Shown piece by piece: positions 14,601 through 26,600 of a DNA stretch of 64,000 nt; positions within the stretch are counted from its first letter, which is position 1, and each line of letters opens with the position of its first letter. Under the pieces are notes generated by a model. That model searched no databases and was not told the origin of the DNA. It was given only the letters and a program-made list of their open reading frames with translations. The DNA lies in assembly GCA_030265395.1 (NCBI GenBank), contig JARFYF010000002.1, positions 48,556,804 through 48,620,803 of the forward strand, given 5' to 3'. This DNA is from Rhina ancylostomus (Eukaryota). The translations under genes were made by a program, and so were the position numbers.

Positions 14601-17600
14601 AAAAAGCATACATATTCTAATTGGTATCAAGAATGAAAGTGCAATAATTTAAGATTTATTGCCTTAGCAAGTGCAGGTTAAATATTGCTGACTAGATTAT
14701 GCAGGTGCTTATTTTTAAGTAATAAAATGTTACACTTGTGTACTAATGTGCACAGTTTGTAATAAATAATTATACTGTTAGATGAGCATTTTTAAGATAA
14801 CATCTGCATTCAATGCTTATCAAGTGACATTGACACCATTTGTGGAAATTTTGAGATTTTTTTTCAGTTTTCACAAGAATGACAATAATTCGTAAAGTTA
14901 AACAGACCACCTTAAATGCCAGTCACTGGTTATTTCCTATGAACTCATAGCCACAATGGGAACCATTCCCTCGCCTCCTCATTGCTTTTGCAGAATTGAC
15001 AATGGAGTTCAGTAGGCAGCTTGTCTAGTACATCCGATGTGATACAGATCTCATTGGCTGAAGATGCATGTGCTCATGATATTATCTTCACATTGAGTTG
15101 TAACTTTACTGTCAAAAATGTTTAGTATATTTTGGTTTCAAATTGAGTTTCAAAAAAAACTTGTAATCTTAAAAAATTTTGAAACATCCCAGCCTACTTA
15201 ACTCTTCAAATTACAATTCTGCACTGCATTAAATAGGAATGCATACACTTTTCCTCCAGATCTCCTTTGCATACCAAAGAATGTCTAGGAGTTTTTTGAT
15301 GCTGTCTGTGGCCAAATTACAAAGTAGCTTTTGACATGTCTTTTTGAAATCCCTATTTGAAATCAAGTTTTGGCAGCAGCAAACTGGCATCAGAACAAGC
15401 ACTGAAGTTGTTTTTTTGTGCAACATACCCCTCTTGGGATCTTTTGATGGTTTTGGTGCATATGAGTATATGCAAAATTGAGTGTTAACTTTATCTGCTC
15501 CAGGCTACAGAGAAGATGAGTTTAACTGGTCATTATACCTGAAGATGTGCAAGGCTCAAGCTGTGCCCAAGTCTCTGTTTGAAAACCAAAACACGGTAAG
15601 GAGTAGCAAGCTTTTCAACACAATGATTTGAAATCTGATGGGATGTCCACAATTGCCATAGTATTATTTGTGAAATATGCAGCTACCACTAGGAGGAATG
15701 ATATTACTTGTAAATCAAAAATTGAATTTTATGTACCCTAGCCCCAATTTTAACAGGCTGGTGGGGATGGAATTGTGAGGAAGTGTTACAGTGCTTGTAA
15801 TACCCAAATTGGGAGTGGGCCACTCTCGGGGACACCTGGCATATGGAGGCCTGGGTGATCTTAATAGATGGAACTCAATACCTTGCATCAGAGAATTGCA
15901 TCAGAACAAGACCCCAAGCATCACCTGGCAGACAAATGGAAGTGGCAGCTCACAGGCAGGCAACTGTAGCTGGGATGGGTACTACCTCATTGGGTTTGAT
16001 TGGGTTTCCTGATATAGCAATCAATATAATTTTCAAGAATCTGAACCGTTAAACTAAAATGTTAACTGTTTCTATCCCAAGAGAAGTCAGGAGTCTCCTA
16101 ACTTTTCCTTTTAAAAACACCTTCTACTTTTCAGAAATAAACAAAATGTATTTAAGAGGGAAAGAAATCAACAATGAGTTTCATAAAATTAAGTAATAAA
16201 TGTATATCAAATAAATTCAAGAATATAACAAGATACTTTCAAAGTGAAATTATTTAGACATTCAAGTTTCAAAAAAAAGTTAGATCCATTTTATAGCCAA
16301 TGTTTGACAGAAGTGGTAGCTCACGGGCAGGCAACTGCACCTGGGATGGGTAATACAGTACCTCGCTGGGTTTGATGCTCATTATGGCCACCTTGTATCA
16401 CCCCATCTACTTTTGCTACTTAATTTTTTCATGCCAATTCATCTTTCTTCCATTAAACCTTTTAATGGTTTCTAAATGTGTACACCTGTGTATTTATAAC
16501 AGCTTTAGGTCTATATTACACAGCTTGGTCTTTGGGCAAGAAATTATACCCTATTTAGCTATCTCATAAAGATACACCTGAAGTTCAAGATATGAGAAAT
16601 TAAGTTGTCAGGAGAACCTGCTGTTAATGTAGGATAGGTTGTGGTTCCACTTATTGTTGTAGTGAAGGCGAGTTTGCTTTCAAGACCAGTAGCTTATTCC
16701 AAGCCTAGATCCCACTATCTTTTATCATCGCAGCAGAAATATCCTGGAAGAAGTTATTTTAGTTCCCATATGTTTTGTGTGCACTTTACCCATATATCTT
16801 GTATTTTGGAATGGATTTTTTCACTTGGCCTGATTTTGTTCTCATCTGACAATTGATGAATGACAGTCCTTTATTGTTGACTATTATGTGATATGTGGTG
16901 ACACTTTGGTGACACTATGGTGTTGACTAACCATTAACTTTCAGTCCTTATAGGAAGCTAAACAACTTTTAAAAGCTTGTGTAATGCAGCTAAGATTTGA
17001 AATTAAGTGAAGTCATTGATCGCCACCTCTTTACCCAGTTTGGTAAATATTGGTACTCCCGTTTTGTTTTTTGAAAAATGTTGTGACTTCTCCAAATTAG
17101 TGGTGGACTTGCCTTGAAATGCTATAATTTACTGCCTGAAAATTATAGTTCCTCAAAAGGAATCTCTGGATACAGTGAAACTGCTGTTTGAATGGAAAAA
17201 CAGGTAGAAAACTACCTGGTCTGTTTACAGCAAAGAATATATTGTGTCCATGTCATTATAATGTAAAATGCATGTACTTATTTCCCTTCTACCTCAACAT
17301 TTTACTTATGTACTTAGATTACTCAGATATTCAGTTTTAAAGAATACAAATGTGTGCTTACTTATTGTTTGATTAATACATTAAAATAGTTTGGCAGTTA
17401 TAGATGTAATCCTAGGACTGATAAATCATCAAATATAAAATGCAGCTAGTTTTGTGAGCTGTGACCTTGCCAAACTATTATAGAGCTGAGTGGAAAATTT
17501 TTAACTAATAACATCTATGGTTTTGCTGCAATGATGAAAGAAATGTATCGTGCATTTGTTTTTAAATTTAAAATTTATTTTTAAATCTATTCATTTTAGA

Positions 17601-20600
17601 CACTTACACCGTTGGGCTTTCGATTAGGTATGAAACTGGAAGCTGTCGATAAAAAGAATCCAGAATTTATTTGTGTGGCAACAGTATCCGATATGGTTGA
17701 TAATCGTTTCCTGGTGCATTTTGACAACTGGGATGAAAGTTATGACTACTGGTGAGGAAGTTATACTTTTTCTGTATATGTTTTGTGAATGTTTTTTTTA
17801 AAAAAGGATCAAATTTGTTCTAACCACAAGAGGGCAATAGAAGTCTAGTTTTATTCAATCGTATGATTTGACCACAAGAAAGGTATTTGCATGTTCACAG
17901 CTGATCTGTTCAGAAATGTTTTAAAGATCGATTCCTCCACTCATATTTGGCTTGTGAAGGAGGCAACTAATCTTGAGGACCATTCCAACAGTTGATCACT
18001 CCATGCATAAATAGTTACTTTTCTCATGAGTTAAATCCAATGATTACTAGAGATGCACCCTTTTTGAACATAGAACATTACAGCACATTATAGGCCCTTC
18101 AGCCCATGATGTTGTGGCGACATTTTATCCAGCTCTAATATCTATCTAACCTTTCTCTTACACATAACTCTCCATCTTTCTGTCATTCATGTGTCTATCT
18201 AGGAGTCTCTTCAATATCCCTAATGTATCTGCCCCCACAACCTCCTGTNNNNNNNNNNNNNNNNNNNNNNNNNNNNNNNNNNNNNNNNNNNNNNNNNNNN
18301 NNNNNNNNNNNNNNNNNNNNNNNNNNNNNNNNNNNNNNNNNNNNNNNNNNNNNNNNNNNNNNNNNNNNNNNNNNNNNNNNNNNNNNNNNNNNNNNNNNNN
18401 NNNNNNNNNNNNNNNNNNNNNNNNNNNNNNNNNNNNNNNNNNNNNNNNNNNNNNNNNNNNNNNNNNNNNNNNNNNNNNNNNNNNNNNNNNNNNNNNNNNN
18501 NNNNNNNNNNNNNNNNNNNNNNNNNNNNNNNNNNNNNNNNNNNNNNNNNNNNNNNNNNNNNNNNNNNNNNNNNNNNNNNNNNNNNNNNNNNNNNNNNNNN
18601 NNNNNNNNNNNNNNNNNNNNNNNNNNNNNNNNNNNNNNNNNNNNNNNNNNNNNNNNNNNNNNNNNNNNNNNNNNNNNNNNNNNNNNNNNNNNNNNNNNNN
18701 NNNNNNNNNNNNNNNNNNNNNNNNNNNNNNNNNNNNNNNNNNNNNNNNNNNNNNNNNNNNNNNNNNNNNNNNNNNNNNNNNNNNNNNNNNNNNNNNNNNN
18801 NNNNNNNNNNNNNNNNNNNNNNNNNNNNNNNNNNNNNNNNNNNNNNGAACACAATACTCCAGGTGTGGTCTAACCAGAGTTCTATAGAGCAGCAACATTA
18901 CCTCATGGCTCTTGAACTCAATACCCTGGCTAATGAAGGCTAATACACTCGTTTGCCCCGGTTCCTTTTTTGTTAAGAACTTCTGTAAAAAAAAAAGAAT
19001 TGGTGCCTGATTCCATGATTACAAATAAAGTAAGAATTCTGGACACATGGATACCTTTTCCAAGGATTCTTCAAATCTCCTGTTGGAGAAGATCAGCAGA
19101 AGCCCTGAAGAACATGCATGGCCATTGTGTCTTTTTTCTGGGGTCTTTGCTCAGTTTCCACTGGGGATATTAAAAGAACACCTGTGGAAGTTCTATTACT
19201 TCCTGAGAGCTACTTAAATGCTTTAAAACTTTCTGGTCAGTGACAGGTCAGAAGCAAATATCCCATGAGCCCGTTGGAAGTGCTTGCACAAAAACTGAGT
19301 GAAACCTGATCAATGTCAGCTCAGTGTAATTGATTAGTCAAATAGCTGCTGTGAGTAAAATACTGGAAAGAAATATTAATGGCAAGAGTCCTGTTTCAAC
19401 AGCCCAAAGTTAATTTTGGCTTTATCTCCCTCTCAAACTAGTTCCAGTATTTTCTCTGTTAGCAACTATTTTTATATTGCATATAAACATTTATAAGACT
19501 AGTAGTGGCCATGCTGTTTAGAATAAATAACTGCTCCTCGCTAGTAGTGCAGACCTTTTCATGAAGCACAGTGCTCCTTTCATACCTGGAGAGCAAATCT
19601 CTGCTGCAAACAACAAGATTTTTGATGAAGTATATTCTCAATTGTTCTCATAAAATAAATGAGTTTCTATCTGAGTGGCAGGGAGATGCCTTCTCATTTA
19701 CTAACTGGAGGTAATGCATAAAGTAAAGAATTAACATGGCACCTTGACATGTGCTGTTCACAAGTTTGGCAGGAGGGTTAGCAAATGGCTGTGAATTGAA
19801 TTGGGATCCTGACATTCTTAGTCCTTGGGTCTTTTCCTGATAATTTGAGCAGAGGTCATGCAACTATATTTGGAGACTCTCATGCCATCTTTAGTTTCTT
19901 ATTCCCAACCGAGAAAGAAACAGGTAGTCTGCAACTCTCTGTGAAATAAAATGTAACACAGCTAGCAGAGCCACTGCCTTGCAGTTCCAGTGACCTGGGT
20001 TGAATCCTAACCACATCCACTATTGTCATGGACTCTGAACATTCTCTCTGTGACTGTGTGGGTTTCCTCTGGGTGCTCCAATTTCCACCCACGTCTCAAA
20101 GATGTGCAAGTTGGAAGGCTTAATAGGCCACTTTAAATAGTCTCTAATGTGTAGGTGAGTGGTAGAATCTTGGAGGGGGGGGGGGGGATTGATGAGAATA
20201 TAAGGTGTTCATGAGTAAATGGTTAGCATGGGTTGAAGGGCCTGTTACCATGCTATATGACTCGATGATTGAAAATCAAAAAATACAACTGCAAATGCTG
20301 GAAATCTGAAATTAAAGTGGAAAATTTGGGCTTTCAGCAGGTCAGGCAGCATCTGTGGAAAGAGAAAAGTTAGTATTGTAGGCCCTGAGATGTTACTATT
20401 TGCACAGATGCTGCTGCACTTTAGCGTATCAATGTGTAATCCACTTTTTTTAGGTGATTGTTGTCTGTGATACAGCCCACACTTGAAACTAACCTTTCTC
20501 TTGATCATCTTTGAAGGTAGCCCATGTGCAAAGTATATTCTGGGGTTTTCAGAGGGGGACTTTGCAACTTGGTCTCAGATCTGATGGTTTCAGCAGCGTA

Positions 20601-23600
20601 ATGTGGTCTTGTCCCTGTGGTAGATGTCCATAATGTGTCCCTTGAGTGGCATCTTTTTTGGTTATTTCATTTTCCCTCATTATTGCACAAACTAAATAGC
20701 TGTTGGTCTAAAAATTGAAAAGCACATTTAGAGGCATTTTAATAGTGTGGTTCACAGCAAACCAATGAACACTGTTTGTGAGGGTGCTGCAGAATTCAGT
20801 AGCTCACAAGATTACATGCTACATAATAGGTGTTGCACAGTGAAAGGCCTTTTCTGTGAAGAAAGTCAGTTTTAGTCTTGGGGTAATAGGGAGGGGCAAG
20901 TGCATTGTAGGCTATTGGGTGCCATTGCCTGTGGCCTTGTTAAGACCATAGAGGACAGAAGAAAAATTGAGCTTTGTGGAACCCGTAATTTGTCCACAAT
21001 GTTCCTTTCAAATGATTCTTTTTCCATTGAAATTGAACTGCATACCACACAGAAACAATGCTGACAATTTTATCACAGAAATTCTTGGAGTTCCTCTCTT
21101 ATTTCCACTAATTTCAGTGAACGTGTGGAGGGAATCTCATTGATCCACAAGCTGGGTCTTTAGCACTTGTATTACTATTAGGATCATGAACAAGGAGTTA
21201 AAATTTGATATTTACTGGTGCTGTCAAAGGAGTGAAAATAAATCTTGTGATTTAATTGTGATATTAAAAAAAATAACTGCAATTTTAATAGCACTGTTAT
21301 TAAATCCCAATATATTTGAATGGTCCAATGGAAACACTTTATAACATGATATAATTTAAAATTAGTGGTTGCTTTTGCTTAGCTGTAAGGCATCTCTGTT
21401 GTGGGTTTGCTCCATCTAACCCAATTACTGCCTATGCTGACTGCTGATTGTAAACACAATCAACATTGAATTGCTTGGTTAAAATCCCTACAAGGAGGTG
21501 GTATGCAGAGTTCTTTTACAGTAAATTGTCGTATGTTATGAAAATGTTGAAAAATGCAGCAAGTTAGTATGTAGTTTCTGGTTAAGTATGCACATCATGG
21601 TGACTAACAATCCTTTTGCATTTGTAGCAATAATGTGTCTTCACTTGGGTATGACAAACTGTTTATTTTTCAGGTGTGATGCTACTAGTCCTTACATTCA
21701 CCCAGTTGGATGGTGCCAACAGCACGGGAAAATCCTTACAACCCCTCCAGGTGAATGCCCTCAAGATCTTGATTTATTCGAAAAAGTTATGTGGGGTAGA
21801 TTTGTGACCTTGTTGTTTTGATATGGAGCTTTGCACATCAAAAAGATATATGTAAAGGTCAAACAATTACGAATTCCCATCCATAAATACTAATGAATAG
21901 AAAATATTCCTGGATTTAGTGACTCATGCCCAAGTTCACAATGTGTGAACAAATTTCTTTTGTGCAGAGCAAAAATGTGATTTTTTTTTCAAATAAAAAA
22001 TCACATATCACCAGTCAAAACTATGCTAAATTTGGACTTTCTTTGTCACTGAATTGTGATGTATGTTCAGAGTATTGCCTTGACATGGTCTGCATTTAGT
22101 TTTTTGTATTTAGTTGTCAAATATTATTGGTGTGTCAGAAATAGAGAGCCATTCAGTAACAGGTAATCTTAAATTCCCCAACAAATATCTCGTATTGGGA
22201 AATTTGCAAAGCATCTGAAAAATGCATGTATTTTAATTTTTTAAAATGTTGCATGTTATAGTGTCATAAAGCATAGATACGGGCCCAAGAGGTCTGTGCC
22301 AACCACAGCGCCCACACAGCTAGTCCCAATTTCCTGTATTTAGCCCACATCCCTCAAAGTCCTGCCCTTGCACCTACCTATTCAAGTGCTTCTTAATGAT
22401 ACTGTTGTAATTGCCTCAACCATTTTCTCTGGCAGTTCGTTCCGTATACTCACCACACTCTGTGCGGAAAAAGTTGCCCCTCAAGTCTCTTTTAAATCTT
22501 TCCTCTCTGACCCTAAATCTGTGCCCCCTAGTTTTGGACTCCCCCTACACTGGGGAAAGGGACTGCTACCAACCACCTTATCTATGCCCCTCATGATTTT
22601 ATAAACATCAACAAGGTTGCCTCTCATTCACCTACATTGCAAGGAATAAAGACCTAGCCTAGCCACCCTTCCCCTATAACTCAGGCCCTCAAATCCTGGC
22701 AACATCCTTGTAAATCTTTTCTCCACTCTTCCTAGTTTTACCAGATCATTCCTATAACAAGGTGACCAAAATTGTATACAGTACTTCAAGTGCAGCCTCG
22801 CCAATCACTTGTACAACTGCAACGTAATGTCCCAACTCCTATACTCAGTGCCCTGACTGATGAAGGCCAGCCCGCTAAATGCCTTTTTCACCACCCAGTC
22901 TCCCTGTGACACTGCCACTCCTAGGCCCCTCTGTTCCATTACACTCCCTAGTGCCCTACCATTCACAGTACAAGTCCTACACTGGTTTGACTTTCCAACA
23001 TGCATCACTTAACACTTATCTGTATTGAAATCCATTTGTCACTCCTCGGCCCACTTTCCTAACTGATCAAGATCCCCCGTAATCTGCGATAACCTTCTTC
23101 ACTATCAACAACACCTCCTAATTTCGTGTCATCTGCAAACTTACTAATCAAGCCTTGTGAGTTTGATTCCAAATCATTTATATAAATAACAAGGGTCCCA
23201 ACATGGAACTCTGCGGCACACCACTAGTCACTGGCCCCCATCCCGAGAAGCAACCTTCAACCACCCTCTGCTTTCTACCTCTGAGCCAATTTTGAATCCA
23301 CCTAACTAGCTCTCCCTGGATTCCATGGAACCTCACCTTCCAGACCAGCCTACCATACGGGACCTTGTCGAAGGCCTTGCTAAAGTCCAAATAGACAACA
23401 TCCACTGCCCTACCCTCATCTACCTTTTTCGGTTACCTCGTCAAGAAAACTCTAAAAGGTTCATCAAGCACAACTTTTCCACGCACAAATCCATGCTGAT
23501 TCCTTCTAATCAGTCTCTCTAAATACTGGTAGATCCTGTCGCTCAGAAATTCCCTCCAGTAACTTCTCCACTACTGATGTCAGGCAGACAGGTCTGTAGT

Positions 23601-26600
23601 TCCCTGGCTTGTCCTTACTATCCTTTTTAAACAATAGAACAACATTAGCTACTTTCAAATCTTCAGGAGCTTCAGCAGTAGCTAACAATGAAGTAAAAAT
23701 CTCTGCAAGAGCCTCCGCAGTTTCTCCTCTAGCCTCCCACAAAGTCTGACGATGAACTCGGTCAGACCCTGGGGATTTATCCATCTTAATGTGCTGTAAG
23801 GCTGCAAATACCTCCTCCCTGGTGATACGAATGTTCTCCAAAACATCTCCACTAGTTTTCCTTATCTCTTGAGCAACCACTATTTTCTCCTCAGTAAATA
23901 CAGAGGAGAAATATTTGTTAAAATTCCCACTCATTATTTGCACGTCGAGACATAGGCGGCCCTGCTGATCTCTGAGGGAACCTACCCTCTCCCTTGCCAT
24001 CCTTTTAATATAGCTATAGAACCTCTTGGGATTTTTGATCTTAAAAGAAGCAAAGATTGTTAATGATTAAATGCTGTTATCAAAGGCAACAGCTTTGAAA
24101 TTTGGTGCATTCACCCTCAAGTAAAAATGAATTGGCTCAGATAACATGAGCATTTCAAAACAGTTGCCTTAGACATCTCTACTTCAAAATACTAAAACAA
24201 ATGCTATTCGGCAGCTGGTTTCCTCGTATCAATTTTTTCCCAGTCAGATTACACATTCACAATGTGCATTTGAAAGTGGAAAATAGAGGAGCAGGTGAAT
24301 AAGATTTTAATATATTTTTAAAAAAGTTTAAACATATTGTAACTCAAATAAAATAAGTTTACTTATGATATTTCAGCAGAGTAATACCTGTGTTTGTTGT
24401 ATTGGAAGAGCTGCAAATTGAAACTGCTTGCTTGTCTCAATACTGTGAAGCCCAGTTGTAGAACTGGAAAAATTTTAAAAAATGACTATGGATTGCTCAT
24501 GAAATGTTAATTTAATTTATTTAGATTATCATGATCCTAAACACTTTTCATGGGAGAAGTACTTGGAAGAAACAAACTCTCTTCCTGCACCTGCACGGGC
24601 TTTTAAATCTGTAAGTAATGCTGAAATAAATCAGTAATGATACAAGTTGAATTTAATAAGTAACATCAGATTATGACAAATGAAATCTCTTTTGGCTACT
24701 CTGTATATTATGGTCCTATTTTTAAAAAAAAATCAATGCCAAATTTAATTCTGTAGTGTTTATTGCATTTTAATTATATTTTGCCCACTGTCTGAAACCC
24801 ATTGCAGAGGCTGAAAAACAGTATTAGCATGAGCTAAGATTAATCCTGTATAATGCTAATTCATAGAAGTTTCATTCATACAATAAAATGTAGTAGTTCA
24901 GAAAGTCTTTAGTGCCAGGAAAGATGAGTTAAATGAATGATACATGATGGGCCAAAATGTGTTTTGTGCTTCAATACGGCATTGCACACAAAGCTCAAGA
25001 TGATGTGTGCAATAGAGTGAGGCTTGCAAGTTTAATGGGCTCAGAAGCTTTTTGTCCACTCTCATTTCACAGCAAGCAGAAAATGACATTATCTAGATCT
25101 GTGGTTTGCTGGAGGGTTGGTCTCAGGATGTCAGTCATTCAGAAGGGGGGAGGATGGAAAATTGGGGCATCAAAGGTAGGGTCATGATTATCTGCCGGGG
25201 CTAATGTCAGAGTTGTGGGTGGGGATGGATCAAGGTGGAGATGTGAAGATAGGAGGAGGTGTTGAGTTTGGAGGGGAGAGTCTGGTAGCCTGAGGGAGAG
25301 CAGCATTGAAGGGTATGTTTTTAACTTGAAGGGCACCTACCTGCAGCAGATAACCAGTGTTGGATTCCACAGAATTAGAACGTATACGGTCAGTTGCCCT
25401 TTAAATCTCACCAAATAGACCATGCATTTGTTGATGCAATCTGCCTCTGGATGAATGACCTGTATCAGTGAATTTCATGGAAATTAGATCCTGATGAGCA
25501 TTGTGTTGCCACTACATTTGCCTGTTCACCTTTTGTGTGTTCAAGTCTTCTGTGTACAGAGGACTTGGAAACAATTAGTGAATTTTGAGATTGATGTAGT
25601 GAGTTCCTGATCTAATTCAGTGACTGGATTCAAGTAGCATACATAAACTTGGTGCCATGCAATAGAATTTTACTTTGAATGCTATTGTTAAATTCAATTT
25701 TATATTTTAAATCACCTCTTCAAATTTCCAGTTTGAGGTTAAAATTGGAATTAGTGTACTGTGATCTAGACATCAGATTTTGTGAAGGTTATATATGAAA
25801 AGTATATCTAAATAAGTCTCTGTTTCTCTATTTTGTTTCAGCGGCCTGTGCATGGATTTCTACCAAACATGAAATTTGAGGTGGTTGACAAACGGAATCC
25901 AATGCTTATCAGAGTCGCATCAGTCATAGATACTGATGATCGCCAAGTAATGGTGGGTTGTTCCAGAAGGTATTCGCCTTGATTTAATTGTGGCTGTGAA
26001 ATATCCTGTTTCAATCATTCTCCGACTTGTATGACTTTACAAAGATGGTTCAGTTGGTCCAATGGATTATTCAGGCAGCTGGCATTTTTGGCAAGGTCAT
26101 CTCTCCTGTCAAGTACATTGAACACAGCTGAAGCCAACTTAAATTTAGTCGCTAGTTTTCACTTCCCCTTTAATCAGCTTTTTGTTCAGTTTATATTGTA
26201 ATGTGCATTTGGATTTTAGAAACAAAGCATGTGAATAAGGGTGTAAAGTATTAATTAAGAAACAAACATCATAGATTCAATGAAGTATATCTGCCTAGTC
26301 CTCAGTGCAATTTGGTTCAATGTCTATTTGTATCTTATTCAAAATCTTAAATGTATGAGAAAAATAATTAACATTTTGTCAATCTTCTAAGGTCAGTTTT
26401 TGCTTGGTTTAAGTTCATGTCATCTTTCAAATTAAAGTATCTGGTTAGTTGGTTCCTTTTAATGATGGCATCTGGGTATTAGGTGTTACTGTTATTTTAA
26501 TGCTTAGGTTTTTCATTTATAAATGGTTAAAACTTGTAATTTTCAAAATGTTTTAAAAATATTTTCTGTTGAATTCAGCATCATAAATTGCAGTTCCTCA

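Noticed and set aside
19955-20010. tRNA-like A/B boxes
   Set aside because: These are SINE heads, not tRNA genes; no cloverleaf and directly followed by a V-domain
21975-22006. 12-bp hairpin atgtgatttttt / aaaaaatcacat (also gaagccaa-a-ttggcttc at 12112-12128)
   Set aside because: Short and low-complexity; too small for a pre-miRNA and expected by chance
23178-24000. RT-like ORFs as a possible functional or domesticated gene
   Set aside because: Fragmented by frameshifts and stops; an ordinary decayed CR1 copy
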